Source: a virus
IMG/VR virus record: IMGVR_UViG_3300024509_000014
Coordinates: 8,377 to 72,376 of that record
Length of the DNA: 64,000 bases
Reading direction: 5' to 3' (one strand)
Positions 27,416 to 36,858 of the stretch are shown piece by piece. Below the pieces are notes generated by a model, which searched no databases, was not told where the DNA came from, and saw nothing but the letters and a program-made list of their open reading frames with translations. The first letter of the stretch is position 1; each line of letters starts with the position of its first letter. Made by a program: the position numbers and the translations under genes.

Positions 27416-29017
27416 ATGGCACGCATCCTTCTGGTTGGTGAGGCGACTTGGTTGCAGACTGGCTATGCCACATACGCAAGCCAGATTGCCCACAAGCTTA
27501 AAGCAGCCGGTCATGAGATCGGGGAGTTGGCTTGTTACGGTGTTCCAAGTGATCCGAGGCGGGCGTCAAGCCCGTGGCCGGCTTTCTTCGTGACCACGAA
27601 CACGGACAACTATCCGCCTCTGGCCATCAACCAGTCCAATCCCGCGCTGGGGGCCACGATCTTTGAGGAAACCGTCCTGCGTTTCAAGCCGGATGTTGTT
27701 ATCTCATTGCGTGACCCCTGGCAGGATGCGTTCATTGCTTATTCGCCGCTGCGTTCTTACTATCGCTGGGTGTTCATGCACCCCGTCGACGGCGAACCTC
27801 AGGATGACGAATGGATTTCGGTATTGAATCAGGCCGATGCCGTACTGTGTTATTCGGAATACGGCCTGAATGTCCTGAAGCAGTATCCCGGCCTAAACCT
27901 GGCCGGGGTCGCTTCCCCCGGAGCTGAGCCGGATGTATTCTTCCCGCACTCTCAGCACGAATCCCGCGAGGCTCTGAACATCCCGCAGGATGCCCTGGTC
28001 GTGGGCACGGTGATGCGCAACCAGGGGCGCAAGCTGTACCCCGATCTTTTTGAAAGTTTCAAGAAGTTGCTGGACACGGCACCATCCCACATAGCCGACC
28101 GACTTTACCTGTACTGCCACACGGCTTGGCCCGATGTTGGCTGGGACATGCCCAAGTACCTGCTGCGACACGGTGTTGCCCACAGAACCCTGTTCACATT
28201 CGCCTGCAAGAAGTGCGATCGGGCCTCTGCCCTGCTCTGGCAGATGCCAGCCGGGTACTGTCCGTACTGCGCAAGTGGCGAATTAACCACCCCCGGCGTG
28301 GCTTCCGGCCTTCCTAGGTCGTTCATGCGGCCGGTGTATTCATCCATGGACGTATTCGTGCAATACTCGGTGTGCGAGGGCTTCGGAATGCCGCAGGTTG
28401 AAGCAGCCTGTTGTGGTGTCCCGGTGGTCTCGGTTGACTTCACCGCCATGTCTTCTGTGGCCTCGGCTATCGGGGCCGAAACCATCCCAGTCCAACGCGC
28501 TTTCCCCGAATTGGAAACCGGACGGATGATGGCTTTGCCGGACAACAATGCCTTGGTGTCCGCCCTGACCAACCTCTTCTCGTCGCCGCCCGCATTGCGT
28601 CGAGCGATTGGTCAAAAACATAGAGATATGGCTAGTGCTACATTCAGCTATGAAAAAGCAGCTAATGTGTGGCTAAATACAATATCAAGCTTGCAAAAAC
28701 CAACAAAAAGCTATCAAGATAATAAAAGAATATTGCCTAATTTATCTAAACCAGAAGAATATCTATCAAATAAAGAATGGGTTGACAAGGCTTTTGTTTC
28801 AGCCCTGGGAATCTCTTCTGCTCAGGCCGGATACCTAGCCCAAAGGATGCTGCGGGATCTTTCTCGTGGTTATTGTGATACCACTTTTGTCCCCTCTCAA
28901 TACACAAGTTTTGGCCCGGGTGGCAAGCTGGGAGCTTTCAACCGGGAACATGCTTGGGAACAACTGTGTGCCGAACGTCACAGGATTGAGTTTTGGGAGG
29001 AAATGCGGGCATCATGA
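27416..29017 (+). CDS. GT4-like (GT-B) glycosyltransferase with zinc-ribbon insertion
   Basis: TGYA, VMRNQGRK, EGFGMPQVEAACCGVPVV. Confidence 0.85.
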   Translation: MARILLVGEATWLQTGYATYASQIAHKLKAAGHEIGELACYGVPSDPRRASSPWPAFFVTTNTDNYPPLAINQSNPALGATIFEETVLRFKPDVVISLRDPWQDAFIAYSPLRSYYRWVFMHPVDGEPQDDEWISVLNQADAVLCYSEYGLNVLKQYPGLNLAGVASPGAEPDVFFPHSQHESREALNIPQDALVVGTVMRNQGRKLYPDLFESFKKLLDTAPSHIADRLYLYCHTAWPDVGWDMPKYLLRHGVAHRTLFTFACKKCDRASALLWQMPAGYCPYCASGELTTPGVASGLPRSFMRPVYSSMDVFVQYSVCEGFGMPQVEAACCGVPVVSVDFTAMSSVASAIGAETIPVQRAFPELETGRMMALPDNNALVSALTNLFSSPPALRRAIGQKHRDMASATFSYEKAANVWLNTISSLQKPTKSYQDNKRILPNLSKPEEYLSNKEWVDKAFVSALGISSAQAGYLAQRMLRDLSRGYCDTTFVPSQYTSFGPGGKLGAFNREHAWEQLCAERHRIEFWEEMRAS

Positions 29018-30144
29018 ACGACATCCTCTACATTGGCAATTTTCATGACGGAACGGGTTATGCCAGGGCCTGTTGCGAGACAGCCATTGCGTTAGAGGAG
29101 GCTGGAGCCAGAGTTATTTGTCGGCCAATCACCTTCAACGGTGCCTCCCACCCCTGCCATGAGAAAATCTACGGGCTGGAAGAACGCGCTATGCCCGCCA
29201 GGTTTGATGCGGTCATTCAGCACACCCTGCCGCCCATCATGAAGTTTGACCGCAGGCTCGGTCTGAATGTGGCCAATTTTTACTACGAGGCTAGCAGGTT
29301 CACCAGCGCAGGGTGGGATTTGCACCTGAACATGATGGATGTGGTTGTCACGACACCAGGAATCTCAACGAAAGCTTGCTCCAACAGTCGGGTGAACAAG
29401 CCGACCATCAGCCTGCCCCTACCCAGCGATGTCCATCGCTATCTGAAAAAGTATCCGGTTCCGGATTTCATTCGACAGTACGTCAACGAGAAGAAGTTTG
29501 TCTTCTACACGATCGGCGAGAATGTCCGACGCAAAAATTTGGGTGGGTTGATCAAGGCCTATTACAGCGAGTTTCTGCCGACCGAAAATGTCGTGCTCGT
29601 CATCAAGACAAACGGCGATCCGCGCCATGTCCAATCGATGATGCGCGAGATCGGACAGGGCATGAAACTGCCTTATCTTCCAGAAATAGTCGTGATCACG
29701 GAACGGTTGACAGAAGATCAGCTGATGGGTCTTCATGCTCACGGATCATGTTTTGTCCAGGCCTCTTGTGGTGAAGCCTGGTCTTATCCGGCCTTTGACG
29801 CAATGGCGATGGGCAGGACTCCGGTTGTGCCAGACACCGGAACCTATCGCTCCTATATCTCGGATGAGACCGGCTATCTCGTTCCCGTCTACGACGAGCC
29901 ATGCTCGGGCGGTCAGGACGAGTCAGCCGAGCTTTACCGTGGCGACGAACAATGGGAGGTTCCTTTTACCAAGGATCTGTCCCATGCGATGCGAAGGGCT
30001 TACAGGGAGGATGACCAGCGTCAAGCGAAAGCTTCGCTCGGTCTGGAAGTGGCGTACCAATTCATCCCCCTGAAGGTCGGCAAGACCTTCCTGGAGGCTC
30101 TTGACCATGCGACGCAAAAACAAGCTGTGGACCGATTTTCTTGA
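29014..30144 (+). CDS. GT4-like glycosyltransferase
   Basis: GTGYARA, RRKNLGGLIKAY, GEAWSYPAFDAMAMG. Confidence 0.85.
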   Translation: MNDILYIGNFHDGTGYARACCETAIALEEAGARVICRPITFNGASHPCHEKIYGLEERAMPARFDAVIQHTLPPIMKFDRRLGLNVANFYYEASRFTSAGWDLHLNMMDVVVTTPGISTKACSNSRVNKPTISLPLPSDVHRYLKKYPVPDFIRQYVNEKKFVFYTIGENVRRKNLGGLIKAYYSEFLPTENVVLVIKTNGDPRHVQSMMREIGQGMKLPYLPEIVVITERLTEDQLMGLHAHGSCFVQASCGEAWSYPAFDAMAMGRTPVVPDTGTYRSYISDETGYLVPVYDEPCSGGQDESAELYRGDEQWEVPFTKDLSHAMRRAYREDDQRQAKASLGLEVAYQFIPLKVGKTFLEALDHATQKQAVDRFS

Positions 30145-30850
30145 AGATGATAATGACCCAGAACTGATTCCGTGGCAACAAGTTAGGGACGCCGATGTTG
30201 AAAAACGGTTTGATGCTAAGAAGCCTGTTAAGAAGATCAAGGCCAGGACGCCCAACCAACAGAACTACATCAACAATATTGAGGCCTGCACTCTGACTAT
30301 CTGCACTGGCCCGGCTGGTTGCGGTAAAACCTACATCCCCTGCGGTCTCGCCGCCAACTGGCTCCACGAGAACAAGATCGAAAAGGTCATTCTGACCCGA
30401 CCCATCGTTGAGTGCGGTCAAAGGCTGGGCGCCCTGCCTGGCACTTTGGGTGAAAAGACCGACCCTTTCATGGCCCCCATGTTTGATGCCTTCGGGGATT
30501 TTCTCGACCCGGGATTCCTCAAGCACTGCCGGAACAAGGAGACCATTGAGGTGGTCCCCCTGGAAACGATGCGCGGTCGAACATTCCACAACTCGGTGAT
30601 CATTCTGGACGAGGCCCAGAATGTGACCCGTCGCCAGATGAAAATGTTTCTCACCCGTTTTGGTGAGAATTCCAAGGTCATCGTTTGCGGAGACGTTACC
30701 CAGACAGACTTGCCCCACTCTGAAGGCAATCCGCTCATCTGGGTGTGGGAAAAGTTAGGTCATCCTGACATCGCCAAGGTCACTCTGGGGCCAGAAGATG
30801 TTCAGCGCCATGGCTTAATTCGCCATATCCTTGAGCGTTTGGGAGACTGA
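30107..30850 (+). CDS. phoH: PhoH-family ATPase
   Basis: GPAGCGKT, LGALPG, MRGRTF, ILDEAQN, GDVTQTD, VQRH. Confidence 0.93.
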   Translation: MRRKNKLWTDFLEDDNDPELIPWQQVRDADVEKRFDAKKPVKKIKARTPNQQNYINNIEACTLTICTGPAGCGKTYIPCGLAANWLHENKIEKVILTRPIVECGQRLGALPGTLGEKTDPFMAPMFDAFGDFLDPGFLKHCRNKETIEVVPLETMRGRTFHNSVIILDEAQNVTRRQMKMFLTRFGENSKVIVCGDVTQTDLPHSEGNPLIWVWEKLGHPDIAKVTLGPEDVQRHGLIRHILERLGD

Positions 30851-30859
30851 CCCCTGTGC

Positions 30860-30920
30860 GGCATGGGTAAGATCGTTAGCGACGGCCATCCGGGCCGTTT
30901 CAACGGGTCTTATCCATGCC
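30860..30920 (+). promoter_or_regulatory. Long hairpin burying the start codon of gene 30916
   Basis: GGCATGGGTAAGATC pairs with GGTCTTATCCATGCC (two G-U pairs); inner GACGGCC/GGCCGTT stem. Confidence 0.65.
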
Positions 30921-31938
30921 AGACATTGCCAGCATCCTAAAATCTGCCGTCCGCAAGACTGACAGGATCAATGTCCTCACTTTTGTTACCCACGAGCGGT
31001 ACCAAAGTGCTTGGGGCGGGGTGGACGCCAATTTTTTCCTGTGGAATGATGAAAACGCCAAGCCGTGGATGCGCCAATATGCGCCCATGCCAGCCAACCA
31101 CATCCTGCTGCCCTTCCATCCGTCGACGCCAAATGTTCCTGTCGGCATAGACATAGACCTCGTGATCACGCACCATCTCAGCCAGTACGACCGGGCTTTG
31201 CAGGCTGCGACGCATTTGGGTGTCCCGTTGCTGCGCCTGGAACATTGTCTGCCCGACGAGACTTGGTCTCCTGAGCAAGTTCGCTTCGCCAAGGCCAAAT
31301 CGGGCGATGTGAATGTCTTCATCACCCAACACCAGCTGAAAGCCTGGGGTGGGTGCGAGGACGATTTCGTGATCTACAACGCCATCGACACGGATTTGTT
31401 CCGGCCGCGGGATGGTGGCAGCCGAGATCCGGTTTGCCTGAGCGTGGTCAACGACTGGATCAAGCGTGATTATGTCTGCGGCTTCAGTTTCTGGAAACTG
31501 GCCACGAAAGACCTTCCCGTCCGTGTGCTGGGCGACACGCCAGGCCTGTCCAAAGCAGCCGCCAACGTCGAAGAGTTGGCTGATGCCTACCGCAGTTCGT
31601 TGTTGTTTCTCTGTACTGCCACCAACAGTTCCCTGCCCACGACCGTCCTTGAGGCCATGGCCTCCGGTTGTTGTGTGGTGGCCTACCGTGCGACCGCTAT
31701 CGAGGAAGCCATTGAGCATGGCGTGAATGGTTTTCTCGTCGACAGTCCAGAGGAGATGAACGCCACCGTCAAAAGACTGCTGGCGAATCCGTCCTATTGC
31801 GAGATGATCGGCGCAGCAGCCAGGGAAAGGGCTGTTGGCCGTCACAACCTGGATGTTTTTGTGGAGAAGTGGAGCCAGGCCCTGCGTCTGGCCGTAGACG
31901 CCCCGTGGTGGAGGAAACAATGGTCAAGTTGCGCTTGA
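30916..31938 (+). CDS. GT4-like glycosyltransferase
   Basis: IYNAIDTDLF, PTTVLEAMASGCCVV, IEHGVNGFLV. Confidence 0.85.
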   Translation: MPDIASILKSAVRKTDRINVLTFVTHERYQSAWGGVDANFFLWNDENAKPWMRQYAPMPANHILLPFHPSTPNVPVGIDIDLVITHHLSQYDRALQAATHLGVPLLRLEHCLPDETWSPEQVRFAKAKSGDVNVFITQHQLKAWGGCEDDFVIYNAIDTDLFRPRDGGSRDPVCLSVVNDWIKRDYVCGFSFWKLATKDLPVRVLGDTPGLSKAAANVEELADAYRSSLLFLCTATNSSLPTTVLEAMASGCCVVAYRATAIEEAIEHGVNGFLVDSPEEMNATVKRLLANPSYCEMIGAAARERAVGRHNLDVFVEKWSQALRLAVDAPWWRKQWSSCA

Positions 31939-32369
31939 GTGTGGGCGACTCAAAGATGAGCCTGCCTGGATTTGTCCATATCGACCCGTTTAGCCAAGAG
32001 AATCCAGGCAATCCAGCCGATCTGTCCAGGCATGCCGAGGAAGGCGAGGCCCTTGAGATCGTCGCCGCTGATGTCTTGGATTTCTATCCCGGTGAATTCC
32101 GGCATCGCTTGCTGGGCCATTGGGTTTCCAGGCTCAGTCGTGGCGGCGTGATCCTTGTCGGCACCCGAGAAATCGTCGAGGTTTGTCGCCATGTCATGTT
32201 GGGCGAAACCGACAGCTTCAGCCAGCTGGTCTTTGGGAGCAGCGGTCAGCGTCGCCAGAGTGCTGGCACACTGCCCGAGTTGAAGTCGATGCTCTCGCTG
32301 ATGGGCACGACCCTTGTGCGTTCGTATGTAAAAGACTTCATGAGCTATGTGGAGGCAGTCCGTGATTAG
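31920..32369 (+). CDS. Class I SAM methyltransferase-like protein (degenerate)
   Basis: LRLSVGD...PGFVHID, DVLDF, W..RLSRGGV resemble small phage methyltransferases; GxG loop eroded. Confidence 0.55.
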   Translation: MVKLRLSVGDSKMSLPGFVHIDPFSQENPGNPADLSRHAEEGEALEIVAADVLDFYPGEFRHRLLGHWVSRLSRGGVILVGTREIVEVCRHVMLGETDSFSQLVFGSSGQRRQSAGTLPELKSMLSLMGTTLVRSYVKDFMSYVEAVRD

Positions 32370-33159
32370 TACATCGTGCCATAATTGCCGGTTCGCCATC
32401 AAGGATGTGGGTGGCAATCAGACCGGATGTTGGACCAGCATGCTCAAGCGTTTCCAGGAGCAGGGCAGGGTCGAACTGGAGAATGTTGCTGGCGCCGACT
32501 CGTACAGGACGATCGATTGCTTCTGCCCGATGTTCCGTCCGGCAGACTGGATGAGCGAACTGAATCACGACCAGGCGATCGCCGAAGCCCGCAAGGAGCG
32601 AACGCTGGCTGTCGCCGCAATTGTCTCGTGCGAGAAGGGCGAACTGTCTGATGTCGCCCGAACCGCCGAGATGCTGGAACAGCAGACCCTCAAGCCCACC
32701 GAGGCCGTTTTCGTCATCACCCCGCGCTCCGTTGTCAAACCAAAGAATGTCTTGTCAACCCTGCGCGACCTTGACCTGTCCTACCAGTATTCGTTGCGTT
32801 TTGTCATGGACGCCTCGTACACCGAGACGGACGCCCTACAGGAAGGGGCCGGCAACAACCTGAAGTCCGTGTTCATCCTGTTCGCCGAAGCGGGACAACA
32901 TCTGGAAAACTGCTACCTAGCCGATCTGGATCATCTGATCAACGAACAGAACCAGCGGGTTGTGCTAGTCGATCCTGGCAAGATTCACGGCATGCTCGTC
33001 CAGACCATGGCCTTCAACATGGTCGGAGGCTTCCACGAGGTGGTCTGGGAAGGAACCGAGGAAAAGATCGCCAGCGTTGCCGAGAAGCTCAAGCGCATCG
33101 CCAAAAGCCAGAACTCGCAGTATCTGATCCTTGACGGGGAGGTTCCCCATGTCGCTTGA
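32362..33159 (+). CDS. Hypothetical protein with Cys-rich N-terminus and possible degenerate GT-A domain
   Basis: CHNC...C...CFC; AFNMVGGF resembles a GT2 C-terminal motif. Confidence 0.55.
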   Translation: MISTSCHNCRFAIKDVGGNQTGCWTSMLKRFQEQGRVELENVAGADSYRTIDCFCPMFRPADWMSELNHDQAIAEARKERTLAVAAIVSCEKGELSDVARTAEMLEQQTLKPTEAVFVITPRSVVKPKNVLSTLRDLDLSYQYSLRFVMDASYTETDALQEGAGNNLKSVFILFAEAGQHLENCYLADLDHLINEQNQRVVLVDPGKIHGMLVQTMAFNMVGGFHEVVWEGTEEKIASVAEKLKRIAKSQNSQYLILDGEVPHVA

Positions 33160-33898
33160 CCGGGTGTCGGTTGTCATCGCCAACCACAACTACGGTCATT
33201 TTTTGGCAGAAGCACTTGACTCTGCCGCTTCCGAGAAGCCTGGCCGCATCATCGTTGTCGACGACGGGTCAACCGATGACTCCGTGAGCGTTGTCTTTCG
33301 CAAATTGTCCGATGCGACCGAGCAGGATCATGCTGGGGTGCCATCTCTGGTCGGCCATATTGATGGCGTGCAGGTTCGTTTGTTCTCGGCCCACGAATCC
33401 CGCGGCCCTGCCGCAGCCCGCAACTGGGCCATGCGCGTAGCCTGGGATCAGACGGACTACTTTGCCGTCCTAGACGCCGACGACAGATTCCTGAGCGGAA
33501 GACTCGGTGCCTGCGTGCAACTACTGGAAAAATACGGAGAATCAGCCGGTGCGATTTATACGGACTATTACCATGTGCGCAATGGTGTTCATTTTCGTCA
33601 CTGCAAAAAATCTTTCGTAAAACGCGAACTGGCTTTTGACAACATGGTGCATTCAGCCTGCGTGATAAGGAAGTCTGCTTTGAACGAAACCGGACTGTAT
33701 GACGAATCGATGCCTCCAGCGGAAGATTATGAATTGTGGATGAGGATAGCAAGGAACCGAGTCATCCTTCATTTGCCGGAGGCGATGATGGATGTGAACG
33801 AGGGCGATTACCAGCTTTCGCGCCGAACCAAGCCTGACTTCTACGCCCAACAACTCCGAACCATCAGGGAGCGACATTGTCAGAGCTTGTTGTCGTAA
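33149..33898 (+). CDS. GT2 glycosyltransferase
   Basis: VSVVIANHN, IIVVDDGSTD, GPAAARN, LDADD, EDYELW. Confidence 0.92.
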   Translation: MSLDRVSVVIANHNYGHFLAEALDSAASEKPGRIIVVDDGSTDDSVSVVFRKLSDATEQDHAGVPSLVGHIDGVQVRLFSAHESRGPAAARNWAMRVAWDQTDYFAVLDADDRFLSGRLGACVQLLEKYGESAGAIYTDYYHVRNGVHFRHCKKSFVKRELAFDNMVHSACVIRKSALNETGLYDESMPPAEDYELWMRIARNRVILHLPEAMMDVNEGDYQLSRRTKPDFYAQQLRTIRERHCQSLLS

Positions 33899-34581
33899 TA
33901 TCGGCCGCTGGAGCCGGTCGTCGCATGAAAGCCAGGGGGCCTAAGGCTCTCATCGATATTGGCGGTGGCGAGACCGTTCTCAGCAGACAGCTTGCGCTGG
34001 CGAGAAGAGCCATGCCGAATGCCGAATTGATCGTGGTGGTCGGCTACCAAAAGGAAAGGGTGATCAAGACCCTGCCCAAAGATGTTCGCTGGGTAGAAAA
34101 TGCGGATCACGAGCAGACCAATGTAGCCCGCTCATTGTTGATGGGAATTGCTGAGTGTCCGACGCGCAGAGCCGTGCTCATGTGCGGCGACCTCGTTTTT
34201 GGCCCTGAGTTTTTATCCAGCGTACCCAACGAGGGTTCTGTCGCCGTCATCGACGAAAACCACAATCACCGTTCCTCCGAAGTCGGCTGCAATATCGACC
34301 AGGGACGAATCTGTCATTTTAGTTACGGCGTCTGGCCCAAGTGGGGCCAGGCTGTGGCGCTTGGGGACAAAGAACTTGATCTTTACCGCAGGATAGCGTC
34401 GAGGGATCAATGCGCACGATGGTTTGCTTACGAAGTGTTGAACGGCGTCATCGACGCTGGTGGCGTGATTTCGCCAGCCTATCCCAAAAAATCCTATCTC
34501 GTTGAGATCGACAGCACCCAGGACATCGACAGGGCCAAAAGTATGGTCAGCAAACTGCGTCGGAAAGGAGTGGTCGCATGA
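33877..34581 (+). CDS. Sugar-phosphate/phosphocholine nucleotidyltransferase (LicC-like)
   Basis: AAGAGRRM...PKAL, VVGY, GDL, EIDSTQD. Confidence 0.82.
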   Translation: MSELVVVISAAGAGRRMKARGPKALIDIGGGETVLSRQLALARRAMPNAELIVVVGYQKERVIKTLPKDVRWVENADHEQTNVARSLLMGIAECPTRRAVLMCGDLVFGPEFLSSVPNEGSVAVIDENHNHRSSEVGCNIDQGRICHFSYGVWPKWGQAVALGDKELDLYRRIASRDQCARWFAYEVLNGVIDAGGVISPAYPKKSYLVEIDSTQDIDRAKSMVSKLRRKGVVA

Positions 34582-35372
34582 ATGTCTTGATAGTCAACGA
34601 CGACAACGGTGTTGGCAGCGGTGCTTTGGCCCACGGTTTTGCCATGCTGAAACATGATGTGGCGATGTGGTCTCCGGAAAAGATGCCAGCCTATCAGGCG
34701 TTCGGAAGACAAAAGCCAGACTTGTTCATCGGCCCGACATCCTCTTACACACCAGCTGTTCAGCGTTCAGCAGGCAATGCACAAATGGCCCTGTGGCAGG
34801 ATGACACCACTTTTTTCGACAAGGTTCCGCCGAATGTCTTTCTGTTCGCCGCCGACGAGGGGAAGGGCGACCTGCCCCACATCCCCTGGCCGTATCTGCC
34901 ACTCGCCGAAACTCCTTACCGGGATGAGATGGCGACCGACATTCTGTTCCTGGACGAGTACAGGCCCGGGTTCGACGCTTTCTTCATGCCGCTTTTTGAA
35001 AAACAGGGTGTCGTTGCCAGAATCCACAGCGACAAACCCTGGCCGGTGCCCTATTACGCTGGCAGCCTCAACCAGCAGGAGAGGATTGCCGCCATCGCAT
35101 CGACCGTGATTTGTCCGATGTATGCCGACGAGGCGGCCGACATCCGCAAGATGTACGAGATCGTGCGGGCCGGGGCGGTGCCGATGGTTGTCGGGGACGA
35201 GAAGCTATTGCCCTACGGCGGTAAGCCGGACGGCTACATCGAGCTAATGCTTGAGATCATCCACGAAAGTGGCTCCAAGGAGAGAATCAACGGCTATCTT
35301 GCCGATCTGTTCTCGGCCAACAATCCAGTTGATGCAGCGCAAACCCTCCTGAGGACCATGATCACATGCTGA
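34578..35372 (+). CDS. Hypothetical protein, possible divergent GT-B/CgeB-like fold
   Basis: MNVLIV...GFA...HDV, KPDLFI; cluster context. Confidence 0.55.
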   Translation: MNVLIVNDDNGVGSGALAHGFAMLKHDVAMWSPEKMPAYQAFGRQKPDLFIGPTSSYTPAVQRSAGNAQMALWQDDTTFFDKVPPNVFLFAADEGKGDLPHIPWPYLPLAETPYRDEMATDILFLDEYRPGFDAFFMPLFEKQGVVARIHSDKPWPVPYYAGSLNQQERIAAIASTVICPMYADEAADIRKMYEIVRAGAVPMVVGDEKLLPYGGKPDGYIELMLEIIHESGSKERINGYLADLFSANNPVDAAQTLLRTMITC

Positions 35373-35992
35373 GTCTCATCCTTGACAAGCCACACAATCT
35401 GGATGTGTTGTGCCGATGCCTGTCCATGGTTGCGGCCTATCGACCCTCGCCTGACACGGAAGTCATCGTGCCGTGGGACGGCAAACCCAGAGAGGTGCTG
35501 CCAATACTCAAGGCGTTCAGCTCGCGTTTCTTCTGGAAAATCGGATTGTGTCCGGAAGGGACAGCCGGCTATTTGGCCGTTGCCCACCTCGCCAAGTCCG
35601 AACATCCTGTCTTCATGAGTCATCGCCTGCTGATGACCGGCGAGGCTTTTTCAGCCCTTGAGTCGGCCACATCCGGCAGGGCGTGCGTCTACAAGACAGA
35701 TGGCATGCTGCTGGAATATGACCCGTACAGCTACTGGTTCCCGGAAGGTTACCGCCAAAACTGCCTGAAGATGCCGCATCAGATCCAGGAGGTTCAGGTT
35801 GACCAGCTTCCTTACTGCGTGGTCGGTAAGGCAGAATCGCTGGGTGGCGTGGCTGACCTTCCTTTTGTCGACGCTCAGGTTTTTCTGATGGACGGACCAC
35901 CTGTGTCGCTTGGCCAGGCTCTTCCTGAAGACATCCCCATCCTGTCCAGCACCGACACCCCTTGTTTTCCTCCCGATGAAGATCGAGTTTGA
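35366..35992 (+). CDS. Hypothetical protein, possible degenerate GT-A fold
   Basis: RCL.....EVIV N-terminal pattern; overlaps both neighbours. Confidence 0.5.
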   Translation: MLSLILDKPHNLDVLCRCLSMVAAYRPSPDTEVIVPWDGKPREVLPILKAFSSRFFWKIGLCPEGTAGYLAVAHLAKSEHPVFMSHRLLMTGEAFSALESATSGRACVYKTDGMLLEYDPYSYWFPEGYRQNCLKMPHQIQEVQVDQLPYCVVGKAESLGGVADLPFVDAQVFLMDGPPVSLGQALPEDIPILSSTDTPCFPPDEDRV

Positions 35993-36665
35993 CCATGTCG
36001 AGGGCTGGGGCAAGATCACCCAGCACGATCTCATTCACGCCCCCTGCTGGGTTGTCCGGGAGTGGGAATCTCACGACCAGATGCTGGAGGCGGGATTCCT
36101 GCCGTGGGCTGGCAAGTGGTTCCCGGCCCGCTCCGTCCGTTACGATCTGGAGCGCATGACCTTCGGGCGCACGGTCGAGAAAAGCTTTCGCAAGGCCATC
36201 AAGACCGTCAGCTGGCACGAGGAAAAGCCCAACGAGGATGACTACGGGCGTATCGTGTCTGGCTATCTGGCCCACCACCAGTTTGACAGCGGGCATGTGT
36301 TCGCCGAATTGGCAGAAAACCGGGAGTTTTCCTGGCTGACTTACAAGGCAGACGGCAGGGCGGTCGCCTTCCTGGCCTATCTGAGTTATCCCCGCTCCTT
36401 TGTCGGTCTCCAGTTCGCCTGGGACTACGCCGACCCCAAGCTCTCCCTTGGCTCGGTTAGTACATATGTCGAAGCCACGCTTGCCCGGTCAAACGGCTGC
36501 CGCTGGTATTACGTCATGGGAGGTTACGAGAATGCCAGTCTCTACAAGTCAAACCACGAAGGCTTTCAGTTTTGGACCGGCAAAGAATGGTCGGAAGACA
36601 AAGAACTCTATATCCAACTCTGTCAGCGAGACTCGAGGATCACATACGAAAATGTTTATTCTTGA
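35976..36665 (+). CDS. Ate1/Bpt-like aminoacyl-tRNA-dependent transferase
   Basis: MLEAGF...RSVR; WDYADPKLSLGSVSTYVE..LA...GCRWYY.GGY....YK matches the ATE_C pattern. Confidence 0.72.
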   Translation: MKIEFDHVEGWGKITQHDLIHAPCWVVREWESHDQMLEAGFLPWAGKWFPARSVRYDLERMTFGRTVEKSFRKAIKTVSWHEEKPNEDDYGRIVSGYLAHHQFDSGHVFAELAENREFSWLTYKADGRAVAFLAYLSYPRSFVGLQFAWDYADPKLSLGSVSTYVEATLARSNGCRWYYVMGGYENASLYKSNHEGFQFWTGKEWSEDKELYIQLCQRDSRITYENVYS

Positions 36666-36858
36666 GCCAAAACAGTCTCTGGAAGTGGAAACCCCAAAGG
36701 GTAAAGGGCGCGTCTGGCTTGTCACAGACTACGGGCCGGAGACAGAAAAGTTGTTTGCGGTCATCCTTTACGAGTCCGGAGAAATCTGGGAATTCACCAA
36801 CAAGGATGTGAAGGCCACAAAAAACCTAACCATGGGGCGCGGGAGCTGGTCAAAATGA
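36652..36858 (+). CDS. Small hypothetical protein
   Basis: VETPKGKG..W...DYG.E phage-type motif; overlaps both neighbours. Confidence 0.65.
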   Translation: MFILEPKQSLEVETPKGKGRVWLVTDYGPETEKLFAVILYESGEIWEFTNKDVKATKNLTMGRGSWSK

